Source: the human T2T-CHM13v2.0 reference genome, Homo sapiens
Strand: one strand, 5' to 3'
NCBI RefSeq assembly: GCF_009914755.1
Contig: NC_060925.1
DNA: 64,000 nt
Below are positions 1 through 25,692 of the stretch, in pieces; positions within the stretch are counted from its first letter, which is position 1; each line of letters starts with the position of its first letter. The notes below the pieces were generated by a model. The model did no database searches. It had not been told where the DNA came from and saw only the letters and a program-made list of their open reading frames with translations. The position numbers and the translations under genes were made by a program.

Positions 1-812
1 GAGCACTCAGGCACCAAGTCTGGGCCTTTCTCCCCTTAAATATCTCTCATCCCGTTTCCTCAGCCACTGTCCCCTGATCTCCCAGGGACTCTAAACTGTC
101 CCCTCAAGGCCTTCCTCCAACACTGTCTGGGAACCTCTCCTGTGAAGCCCGGCCTGGCCCTGCCTCCTGCTGCCCTCATGGCCAACCCTCTGGCACCTGG
201 ACCTGCCTGCCTCTGCAGCCTTATTTGGAGTCTCTCCCTGACACAGATTTTCTGTCTTGGTGACATTGCATGTGACTTCTGGAGCCTGCCACGCTCCCTG
301 GGCTCACACAGGTCATCGGTCAGGTCCTGCCCGGCTTTGGGGAGACTGAGGTGGATAACTCCAGCCCTTCTCTGCAAACAGCCCACAGACCTGTCGGGGA
401 GACCCTTAGCCTGGTCACGGAATGATTATTGGCAGAATGGGGTTTTAAGAGGACTCTTACCCACCCTGGGGGGAAATCAAGGAAGACTTCCTGCAGGAGA
501 GGGGGCTTGTGCTGAGTGCAGAGAGAGGAGTAGAGGTAAATGGGGAAGACTCCAGGGAGAGGGAGCTTGGTGGGTAGGCACAGTCCTGAGAGAGCATGAC
601 TCCTAGGGCAGTGATAAGACAGTGTAGCTGAGGTGTAGAGAGAGATGAAGCTGGAGGGAGGCGGGTCCAGGTGGTCCCTGTGTGTTGGCTTAGAGCACTG
701 GGACTTCCATGTGCAGGTCACCGGGAGCCACAGAGGGCCCTGAGCCCTGGGCTGGACTGCATGTTGGGAACACTCTCCCTCTTGAAACCAGTTCCTGGGG
801 ATGCAGAAGTGA

Positions 813-2040
<1,228 letters not shown>

Positions 2041-2098
2041 TAGGTAAAGAATAAAGTGGCTCAAGGCAAAATGAAGAAAGCACAGAGAGAACTTTCTA

Positions 2099-5047
<2,949 letters not shown>

Positions 5048-6486
5048 TCATCTCACAAACGAGTACTTGGCAAAACACCCTTAGACGTGTCCCCTGCGGA
5101 CCTGTGTGAGAACTGCCCTGGGATATGCAGGGGCGCAATGGCTACGTGTGGGACATGCACATACTTAATTTTGCTCAATATTGTTAGGCTGCTTCGAGAA
5201 TGACGGAATTATATTGCACCCCACCAGCGGTACATAAGGGTTCCCACCACCCCACATGCCTGCCAGCACTTAGTATTATCCACCACTCTAATTTCTGCCA
5301 CCGTGATGGGTATAAAGTGCTAATACATGAATTTTGTGTTTCTTGGTTTATTACTGAGTGTTGCCCAACAAGTGTATGAAGAGGTACTTACACTCACTAA
5401 TAATCCAGAAATTGCTTGTTATTCTGTGAATTACTTTGATGTCCTTTGCCCACCTTCTGTTGGGTTTCATCATGTTTGCCTGTTGGGTGCTCCACAAACA
5501 ATTGCCATTGAAGGCAGCCTCTGGCAGCTGCCTCAGAGCAGGTCAGTCCTCTAGCCACGGGGTGGTCAGGTTGGCTTCATGGGCCTGAGGTCTGGCAAAT
5601 GATCCACCTTGATCCAAATGGCATCTGCCATTTGAATTGCTGTCATTTCATAAACCTTTCCTGAGTGCTTACTCTATGGTGGGCCCTGTGTAGGCCCCCA
5701 AGACCCAAATAAGTCAGACTGCCCTGCTGCTAAGAATTCATAGTGCAGTGAGGCAGACAGACTAGACAGAATAGAGTTATTCTAAAGATTAAATGAGATG
5801 ATGGATACAAAGCAGTTCCCCACAAGAGACCCTGTCCTACTAGATGGTCCGGGCTTGGGAAATGGACAAAAACATGTATCACTGCACCAGGGAGTCCACA
5901 CCAACCTACTAAGGAGACTAAGGAGGCAGCTCTGAACTTGGAAGACCCTTGGTTTATATTGAGCATCCTGAAGGGTGCCTGGGGCTGAACTCAAGGCAAG
6001 GAACCCTAGAGAACTGCTCAGCTTAGCTGACAATAATTTGAATTGGGGGTGGAGTTGGGAGGAAGACGTAGAGAGAGGAGATAAGAGATAGGGTGAGGTA
6101 TGCAGAGTGAAGAGGCCCAGGCATAAACCTCAGCCATGAACAGGGATGTCTAATATTCCATTCAAGTCACTTGAGATGCTCCTCTGTCTCCTTAAGTCCT
6201 TAGCAGAGCCCACATGCCCTCATTTGCCTTAGGTGAGCATTTTGTGGAAACTGAGGAAAGGAATGAGTTTCTGTGGAGGTCATGTGGCTTGTGACAGAGT
6301 CGGCCCCCACAGGATGGTGAGAGAGTCCAAAAATTGATCAAATACAGCAGAAGCAGGAATTTGGAATCAGAGGTGATCATGGAAATATAAGTCAGCCCCT
6401 GAGGGATTTGCAGAAATGGGGAGGCGTTAACTTGCAAAGATGAAGGGAGGGTTTGAGGTGGTCTTATTTAGATCTAAGCGGGTTTT

Positions 6487-7070
6487 GTAGCAAATTGTAT
6501 TTTCCAAAAATGGTCACAATAATATCTCTCATCTCACATGGCTCCTCTTTCAATGTGACTTTGACACCACCATCAAATCAAGAGGCTGGGGCTATATCTC
6601 CTCCCTTTGAAACTGGGTGGAACTTTAAGATTGCCTTGACCAACAGAGTGTGGCAGAAGTGGTACTATTTTTATGACTGCGGCTAGGTCATAAAAACGCT
6701 CTGTACTTCTGCTTTGTTCTTTTGGGAAATTCACTGTGGAGGAAGCCAGCTAGCTGCCAGGGAAGCACTTTGACCGCCCTGGAACCGCCATGCTGTGAGG
6801 AAGCCCAAAGGAGTTTAGAGAGATCACATGGAGAAGCCCAGAAGCTAACCGAAGAGACAGTACCCAGCCATCTCCAGCTGCCCTGGCCTCTGCTGTGCCG
6901 CCTCCAGTCACTGTCTGACTGCAGTGCATGGGAGACCCCAAGCTAGGGCTGCCCAGCCATGCCCTTTCCCAATTCCTAATCCACAGAAATTATGAGGGAT
7001 TCAAAAATGACTGGTTATTTTAAGCCACAAAATTTCGGGATATTTGTTACACAGCAGTAGATAATCCAAA
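6487..7070 (+). mobile_element. MLT1 (MLT1G/H-like) MaLR LTR
   Basis: Starts TGTAGCAAATTGTATTTTCCAAAAATGG, ends ...TTTGTTACACAGCAGTAGATAA. Confidence 0.7.
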
Positions 7071-8479
7071 TATGTTTATATTTATTCTGTTATCAGCCTT
7101 TCCTGGTAGACTCCGGTTACTGTTTTCCACTCTATTTCTAGCACTTAGTTTGAAACATACTAGGTGCTCCACAAATATGTGTTGTATAAATGAATGAAAG
7201 TGAACAGACTATATCATATGGTGTTAGGGGGAACCAAGGGGGCTCTGGGAGCCAGAGGGGGCTCCCAACTTGCTGGAAAGATCCAGGGAGGCTTCCTGGA
7301 GAAAGTGGTGCTGCTCCAAGTCCTGGGTAGGAGAAGCACACAGGAATATCTGTTCCTGTTCTCTAGGTGCTGCTTGTTTGTTTATGGCCCACATGACACT
7401 TCCCAGCGTGGTGTGTGTCCAACAGGCTGGTCCCCATGTCCCCATGTCCATTGGGGGCTCTCCCTCCCTATTCCTTCTCCTGCTCTCTTTTCTCCCTTCC
7501 TCTCTGGGCCTGCAGCTCACTCCTCCTGCCTCCTCTGACTCTGGGTCTGGCTAGAGAAAATTAAGTCAATGGGGAGGGAGGAGTTGACAAATAGATGTCC
7601 AGTAATTGAATTTTTTTTTTCTCTCTCGCCCTCTCTCCACCCCCCAGGGAGCAGGAAGAATTAGCTCTCTAGACAGTGGTTTTCCCTGCTTAAGGAGCTC
7701 TGGTGGTTGCACCCCCTCCCCCACCTAGACCAGCAGGAAGGAGAGTAGAACGGCAGGCAAGAGCCTCCTTAGGCTCCTCCAGGGCTAAGCCTTGTACAGA
7801 GGAGGAAACTGAGGCCTAGGGAGGAGCGAGACTTGCATCAGGCACTCAGGAGGTTAGAATTTGTTTGGGACTAGAAGGGAAAGGCCACCTAGGCCAGCTC
7901 TTGCACTGCCCCAGGAAGTCAGGGAGCAGGGACTGGGAAGCGTTCAGTGTCCTGCAGAGACACAAGGTCTGGCCAGTGACAGAGAACCTGGGGCTCCTGA
8001 GTCCTGTGCAGAAGGCAGCCCTTTTGCCACAGCAGTTGGTTGGGGTTTCCTTGGCTAGGAGTCAGTGGAGTTGGTAGGGGCCAGCCTGTTGCTCTGCACA
8101 TCCAGCTGCCCTGCAGGACCTGGCTGTGAACAGGTCTTTTTTTCTCACAGAACACCCTCTAGGGGCACAGGTGGGGGCAGCCAGCTTGGTACTGACCATG
8201 GGCAGAGGGTACCAGGACTGAAAAATAATTGGCCACAGGCTCCAAGACTCATCATTGTGAAAAATGGAGATGGCACTTTGGATCTTACCGGGCTGCAATG
8301 AGTCAGGGAGGGCACCGGCACTTAGTTGGCCCTCAGTCAACAGTGTGTGTTATTGGTTCATCGTGGAGATGAAGGTACCGAGGCTCCGAGGAGACCCCGG
8401 TTCTAGGTCGCAATCTAGCAAGTGGCAATGCCAGGATTCAAACCCCTGGCGTCCTGGGGCTCCCAAGGCTTCTCTCCAT

Positions 8480-9460
8480 ACGGGCAACTCGGCTCAGATC
8501 GAGGAGGTGGGGGACGAAGGCGGCGGCGGGATGGGGGTGCAAAGCGTGGCTCCGCAGGGCAAGAGGGAGGCAGGCGTTCTGGACCTGCACCCCCAACCCC
8601 GCCCCCGCCCCTGCCATAGGCCCAGTGCGGGTGGGCGCCGCGGCCCCGCCTCGCCGAGCGGCGGCGGCTGCCGGGCTCCGGGAGCGCTTGATTTATTAAG
8701 CTAATGTTCTAGCACATTTTCTCCATCCCGTAATGAGCTGTTTCCACCAGGGGGTGTCTGCAGAGCGACTGCGGCTTCCGGCTGCTCCAGGAGGGAGCAG
8801 GGTCGGCGGGCGGGCGTCTGCGGGAGGCTGGGGGCGCCTGGTCGCCCGGGGAGGGTTGGGGTTGCAAGGTCTGGGTAGAAAAATCACCCCTGGTGGGGAG
8901 CTTGTGAGGGGAGGCGGGAGGCCTGTCCCTCCGCGCTACAGCCTAGGAGCGAACCCCACACTTACCCCTGTGCCATCCTGCCAGCTTCCTACCAACCTCA
9001 GGGGGCCTGAGAGGGACCCCGCCGGCATCCTGGCCTGGTCCTTTCCGCCCCCTCCTCCCCTGCTCCCCGATCCCTCAGCTTGTGAGGATGCCGAGCTCAG
9101 CCTGCCTGCCGCCTGCTTGTTATCTCCCCAGAGCTGGCATTTCTGTGGCTTCAGGCGTCAGTTAGGTCCTTTGCAGCCAGACAGATCTAGGTTCCAATCC
9201 GAGCCCAGCCACCTGTGAGCTCCGGGAAATCTCTGGGCCTCAGTTTCCCATTTGGTGGGGTTGTTGTGGGGATCTGTGATAATGTATGTGGTGTTCTGCA
9301 CAGTGATAACCCTGTTCATGTTGGTTGGGGTGGACCTGCTGGGTGCATAACTCCGCCCTGGCTCGGGGAGCGGGGGCGGGGGAGCGGTGTGCACAGCAGG
9401 GACACCTGGGCACCATAATATCCCGACACAGGCAGCCTGCGCCTACAGCCCTTACCTGTT
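8480..9460. promoter_or_regulatory. Intergenic CpG island with candidate CTCF site
   Basis: Dense CpGs at 8500-8950 and ~9350. CCACCAGGGGGTGT at 8744-8757 is a one-mismatch match to the CTCF core. No coding exon is attached. Confidence 0.65.
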
Positions 9461-9636
9461 GACAAGCCCCACTTCAGAGGCTTTGCTTTTTTCACGCCGG
9501 GCAGGGACAGTACGTGGTATTTGGGCTTTAAAAGACTAACTTCATTTTTCCTCAACAAATTCACATCCCCCAGAGCCTGGACTTGCTGGTGGATTGGGGG
9601 ACCTGCTCGGTAGTAGAACTACTGCGCTTGGTGCTC

Positions 9637-10271
<635 letters not shown>

Positions 10272-12133
10272 TGTGTTTTCTAGTCTTTATTGCTGCGTTT
10301 TCTTTAGCACGTGGCTGACACCTAGAAGGTGCTCAGCAAGGGGTAGCTGTCACTGCTTTTCTCAATGGAGAAGATACCGACCGTCCCACTGACCCCATCC
10401 CCCAGGAAGGACAGTAGGTTGACTATGGGCCTCTTGGGATTCATACCCCATTACACAGTGCCAAGGTCCACTCACCCTACCCAGGAACTGTCACTCTATG
10501 GTATAGGGCAGGGTGGTTGAGTGCCTTGCCCAAGCACCCACGATATAAGCGGCAGAGCAAGACTGAAACACTGTCTGCTCAACTGACTCCCAAACCAGTG
10601 CTCCCCCGACTCCTCACTGGAGGCCACTGAGGGAGACTCCTGGCCTTCAGCAGGCCCTCAGGACAAAAGTGACTTCTCTCAGCTTCTTCCTTGCAGAGGG
10701 CTAACCAGTCTTGGCCCCTGGATGAATATGGACTTTTGTGGAATCTTTTCAGGAAGGGCTAAGATTGGAGTCAGATGGGCTTGCAGGGACCTGCCCGGGA
10801 CCCCACTGTGTACCCATGTCTGTTCTTCGGTTTTTGTTCCTCACTGAACTTCCCTGACTCCTTTCCCACAAGAGAACTGAGCCACCCAAAAGCATTAATG
10901 AGCAAGTGGGATGAACTGAAGATTAAAGCAAAGATGGACAAGGCCATTTCTGTTCATGCCCTACAGCAAAGAACCTAAAAAGAGCCACCTTTGTTTTTTT
11001 GTTCTCCCATTCCTCTGCTCAGCTGCCTGTCCTGGGGTGGCTCCCCCGACTTCACACACCACTCCCTGCCTTGCTGGGCCCTTTCTCTCCTGCCTCCCTC
11101 ACCAGCCTTTGGTCCCTCCTTGTGGCTTCCCTCTGCATGGCTGGTGCCTTTAGGCATTTAGTCCTCTCTTAGCCACCTCCTCCGGGAGGCCTTCCCTGAC
11201 CGCCTGATCCAGAAAAGCCTCCAGCCAGCCTCCATCACATTACCAGCATCTGCTGTCTTTGTGGCATCGTCTGAAGATTCCTTATTTATTGCCTGTTTCC
11301 CTCTAGGATTGAAACTCTGCTGCCTGGTACCCAGAACGTGCCTTGAAACATAGTAGGGGGAATATTCTGCTTTCGATCTCTTTTTTCTCAACTTCACCTG
11401 TGCCTCAGCTCCTGGCTTCAGACTTGCATGCCTCAGTTTCCCCCAGCACTCCAGTTAACAGGGATTTTATGTCAACAGCGTCGTTTTCTGACGTTGCTAA
11501 CACTTGGGTGTTTGCTAGTTAACAGGCACTAAGTACTTCCCTTATATTAACTCAAGTGAATCCTTACCACAGCCCCGTGAGGTGGGTACAATTATCATCA
11601 TCCCCACTTTACAGATGAGGAAACCAACACCAGAAATAACCAGCCCAGTCTCCAAGCACAGTCAATAAGTGGCAGGGGTGTGGTTGAAACTGAGATGGTT
11701 GGTTTTCAGGAGTCCCCACTCCAGACTATTGTTAGAAGCAGCATGGTGCTCCCGTCTGCCTCTCAGAAGGCAGCCTCCCCACTTTGTGGAATGTGGACAA
11801 GACCTTGGAACTTGTTCCCCCACATCCCCACCACACTCCAAATGGCTTTTCAAAGTATTTCTTCCAGATACATACGGTGTTTCTTCCAAACTAGACATGT
11901 CTGGGAGAACAAAATTTCCTCCATTTTGTTACACATTTAACAGAAACCAGCTTAACTGGCCAGGCATGGTGGCTCACCCCTCTAGTCCCAGAGACTACAG
12001 GTGACTGAGGCTTGCTTGAGCCCAGGAATTCCAGGCTGCAGGGAGCTATGATTGTGCCATTGCACTCCAGCCTGCATGAGAGCAAAACCTTGTCTAAGAA
12101 AGAAAAGGAAAGAAAAGAAAGGAAGGAAGAAAG

Positions 12134-12989
12134 TGTCAGAGGCGTGTGAACCAGAGCAACTCTGTCTTAAACAGGAGCTGGGTAAAATGAGGCTGAGACC
12201 TACTGGGCTGCATTCCCAGACGGTTAAGGCACTGTAAGTCACAGGATGAAACAGGAGGTCGGCACAAAATACAGGTCATAAAGACCTTGCTGATAAAACA
12301 GGTTGCAGTAAAGGAGCCAGCCAAAATTCAGCAAAACCAAAATGGCCACGAGACTGACCTCTGGTCATCTTCACCGCTACATTCCCACCAGCGCCATGAC
12401 AGTTTACAGATGCAATGGCAACGTCAGGAAGTTACCCTATATGGTCTGAAAAGGGGAGGCATGAATAATCCACCCCTTTTTAGCATATCATCAAGAAATA
12501 ACCATAAAAATGGGCAACTAGCAGCCCTCTGGGCTGCTCTGTCTGTCTATGGAGTAGTCTTTTTTTTTTTTTGAGACAGAATTTTATTCTTGTTGCCCAG
12601 GCTGGAGTGCAATAGCGTGATCTTGGCTCACTACAACCTCCGCCTACTGGGTTCAAGTGATTTCTCCTGCCTCAGCTTCACAAGTAGCTGGGATTACAGG
12701 CATGCACCACCACACACGGCTAATTTTGTATTTTTAGTAGAGACAGGGTTTCTCCCTGTTGGTCAGGCTGGTCTTGAACTCTCAACCTCAGGTGATCTGC
12801 CAGCTTCGGTCTCCCAAAGTGCTGGCATTACAGGCATGAGCCACCGCACCCGGCTGCCATTCTTTTATTCCTTTACTTTCTTAATAAACTTGCTTTCACT
12901 TTGCACTGAGGACTTGCCCCGAATAATTTCTTGCACGAGATCCAAGAACCCTCTATTGGGGTCTGGATGGGGGCTCCTTTCCTGTAACA
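12134..12989 (+). mobile_element. MER41A solo LTR (ERV1), interrupted by an antisense Alu (~12559-12854)
   Basis: Termini TGTCAGAGGCG...CCTGTAACA, internal MER41 motifs (GGTCATAAAGACCTTGCTGATAAAACAGG; AATAAACTTGCTTTCAC), 4-bp AAAG TSD. Lacks the tandem GAS segment of MER41B. Confidence 0.85.
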
Positions 12990-13073
12990 AAAGGAAGGAA
13001 GGAAGGAGGGAGGGAGAAGGAAGGGAGAAGGGAGGAAGGAAGAAAGGAAGAAAGAAATAAAAAAAGAAAGAAA

Positions 13074-14930
<1,857 letters not shown>

Positions 14931-15039
14931 AATGTTTAAAGGAGACAAGAGCCTCCCGGATCCAGGGGAACCAGGTCTGGAGAAGGCATAGGGTAGGCTG
15001 GCAGAGCCACCTGAATGTGTTTTGTCTCTCGGTGCCCCT

Positions 15040-19397
<4,358 letters not shown>

Positions 19398-19480
19398 TTA
19401 TTCCACATTTCATTGATAAAACCACAGGGAGGCAGGTGAGCTTGGGGTAGAATCACTGCTTTAAAATGTGGTGTATTTGG

Positions 19481-19751
19481 GGCCAGGCGCGGTGACTATG
19501 ACTGCAAACCCAGCACTTTGGGAGGGTAAGGCGGGCGAATCACTGGAGGTCAGGAGTTTGAGACCAGCCAGGCAACATGGGGAAACCCTGTCTACAAAAA
19601 ATACAAAAATTAGCTGGGCATGGTGGCGTGCACCTGTAATCCCAGCTACTGAGGTGGGAGGATCACTGGAGCCTGGGAGGTCAAGGCTGCAGGGAGCCGA
19701 GATTGTACCACTGCACTCCAGCCTGGGTGAGAGTGAGACCTTTCCTCAAAA
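19481..19751 (+). mobile_element. AluJ-like SINE hosting the AAACC array
   Basis: Diverged Alu with J-type right arm (GGATCACTGGAGCCTGGGAGGTCAAGGCTGCAG). TSD AAAATG(TG/CA)GTGTATTTGG at 19463-19480 and 20067-20084. Confidence 0.9.
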
Positions 19752-20026
19752 AAACCAAACCAAACCAAACCAAACCAAACCAAACCAAACCAAACCAAAC
19801 CAAACCAAACCAAACCAAACCAAACCAAACCAAACCAAACCAAACCAAACCAAACCAAACCAAACCAAACCAAACCAAACCAAACCAAACCAAACCAAAC
19901 CAAACCAAACCAAACCAAACCAAACCAAACCAAACCAAACCAAACCAAACCAAACCAAACCAAACCAAACCAAACCAAACCAAACCAAACCAAACCAAAC
20001 CAAACCAAACCAAACCAAACCAAACC
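19752..20026 (+). repeat. Pure pentanucleotide array (AAACC)55 in an Alu 3' tail
   Basis: 275 bp of uninterrupted AAACC, followed by a degenerate A/C-rich tail up to the Alu TSD. Confidence 0.97.
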
Positions 20027-20683
20027 CGAAAAACAAACTAAAAAACCCCACAAAAACAAACAAAACAAAATGCAGTGTATTTGGAGAGAACGGGTGTCTG
20101 GTTATTTTGTGCTTTGTATCAAGTTAGCCCAAAACTTAGTGGCATAAAACAATCAAGCATTGTGCTCGCAGATTATGTGGAACTGCTAGCTGGGCAGTTC
20201 TTACTTGGGAGTCTCTCTCTTTGACTTAGAGGCCTTCAGGTGAAGTGCAGGCAGCCTCTGGGGGGCAGATTCTGTCCTTTTTTGACTGTTCTTGGGGTTA
20301 GAGGACTTGTCCTGCAGTCTGTGTCAATAGCTGGGGATAGGTAGAAGGCCCCCCATTGACTAACCTAGCCTGATTAGTAATACAGCCGATTCTTCCCTGC
20401 AACCTTCCCAGGGCTCCAGAGGCCCATGGGCAGCAGGTAGGTGATGGGGCTTCCCTATGGACAACATGGGTGGGGAGGGATGGGTTAGGAGAGTCCTGTG
20501 AGCTTGTGAGAGGAACATGGCCTGAGAGAGGGACACTGTGAGGGGATGGCTGATTAATGTTCCTGACAGTGACATCTGACAAGGGCTTTGGAGACCCTGC
20601 TGTGGACCTGTGTGCTTCTACTGCCCTGAATTCTCAGAATACATGACTACACACAGCAATCCTGAGGACTCAAATTACACTTC

Positions 20684-21200
20684 CTGTGGTAGCCAGCCTC
20701 CAGGATGGCCCCAGTAACCCACACATCATTGTGTAGTTCTGTCCAACACTGAATCAGGGCTGGCCCTGTGGGACCAATAGCATAAGATGAAAGTGAAGAT
20801 GTGACTCCCAAGACTGGGTCATAAAAGGCATTGTGGCTTCTTCTTTGGATCCTTGGCTCTCTTGCTCTGGGGGAAACCAGCCGCCATGCTGTGAGAACAC
20901 TCAAGCGACCCTGTGGAGAAGCCCACAGGGAGAGGAGCTGAGGCCCTTGGCCAGCAGCTGGCACCTGCCCGCCAGCCATGTGAATGGGTCACTTTAGAAG
21001 TGCATCTTTGGGTCTGGTCAAGCCTTTAGATAACTGCAGACCTGGCTGATATCTGCCTGCAGCCGCATGAGAGGTCCCAAATGAGAACTGCCCAGCTTCC
21101 TGAAGTTCTGACCCACAAAATTTGTAAGCATAATAAACAGTTGTGTTATATCACTAAAATTTGGTATTTATTTGTTGCACAGCATGTGATAACTGCATAC
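20684..21200 (+). mobile_element. MLT1F-like MaLR LTR
   Basis: Starts TGTGGTAGCCAGCCTCCAGGATGGCCCC, has MLT1 internal motifs and a ...GCACAGCATGTGATAACT end. Confidence 0.7.
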
Positions 21201-21202
21201 TC

Positions 21203-21867
<665 letters not shown>

Positions 21868-23239
21868 CCCCTATTTCCAAATACCCTAGAGGAAGATGAC
21901 CCTTGAGAGGGAGAGGGTGGGGAAGCAGATGAAAGGGATAGAAAGATAGAGTTCCCATATCCCCTATGAAGCTGGGGGAGAAACCCAGTACTCAATCAGC
22001 CTGGACCCCTTTGGCACGGTCCTCTCCAATGTTGGGTTCATGTAAGACGGTTCTGTAAAGTTTCCTAGGGTGAGAGAGGGTGAAGAATTCCTGCAGCATA
22101 ATTAGGCCAAAGTTACATTATCAGAGAAAATATGTAGACACAGTGAGGGTTTTCAACAGGAAACTAGCTTCTGAGGTGTGGGATGTGTCTGATTTCTTAG
22201 ATGCAAGCAGAGAGAGCAAACGGCAACTCATACTCCATGGCCTCCTCCATCACCACCCACAGGACCCAAAGCTTCTGCCTCCCCTCAGTAGACAACCTGG
22301 CAGAGAAGAAAATGCCTTTGACTTAGAACATGCCAGGGACTGTGAAGTCACAAGACTCAACAGGCGATCTGGGACATTTGGGACTTAATGGGAGCAAAGG
22401 AGAGGAAGGGAAGAGTCCTGGAGTGCAGGAGTGGGGAGGAGTAAAAACAAAAGAGACAGGGAAGAAAGGCATTTGAAAAAAGGGTTCTACTAGAAACATA
22501 CTTGAAAATCAGCTACCTAGATGAATCCCTTCAGGCTTCCCCTACCCTGATTTAGTAGAAGGGGGGGGTGCCTTAAGTTGTGTTTTCCCATACACAGATC
22601 CCACTACAAGGATTAGAATGAAAGCTTGTTTGGGAGAGAGATGGGCAAATGAGATGAAGGGAAGACAGTGATGAAGGCTGTGTGATCAGGCTCGTCACCA
22701 CGTTGGGGCTCTGGGTAAAACAGACCCCACCTTGTAATCCTACTCAAGAGGCAAAGAAGCTGGTGTATGTATCCTCCAACTGCCACTGGTCATTGCTGAG
22801 AGCTGATTCTGGACCCTTCTGGCCTGCCCTGCAGCATACCTGGGGCAGAGAGAAAGTCCCCGGGGAGATTTGAGTTGCAGGCTTTCAGCTTGTCCTGGAG
22901 TGAGGACAAGCTGGGGTCCTGATGCTTTGTACAGCAAGCTGGCTCATATCCGAGTGCTCAGCCTTGGAGGCCTTTCTCACGCAGTCGGTAGGCCCATATC
23001 CTTGGCTGCAGAAAGCAAAGCCTGACGAAGGTGGTGTGTCCAAGATTGGATGCCTGGTGAGTACTGCTGGATGCTTGCTGCGGGGAAGGGCTGAAGGTGG
23101 AAGTTAAGTCAAATTGGCTCAAACCCTGACTCAATTCCTTCCTCTATAATTTTTATTGGGCATATCTCCTTTCTCAGCCTTAGCTGCAAAATGGGGTTGA
23201 TAATCCCTACCCTGCTTGCCTTTAAAACTTAGAACACTT

Positions 23240-25692
<2,453 letters not shown>

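Noticed and set aside
19752-20026. CRISPR array or telomeric/satellite repeat
   Set aside because: No spacers and no cas genes, the context is eukaryotic, and the unit is not TTAGGG or GGAAT. It is an Alu-tail microsatellite.
19468-20127. Long ORFs with (QTKPN)n / (LVWFG)n repeats
   Set aside because: These are translations of the AAACC array, which has no stop codons in any frame. There is no promoter, splice or codon evidence for a protein.
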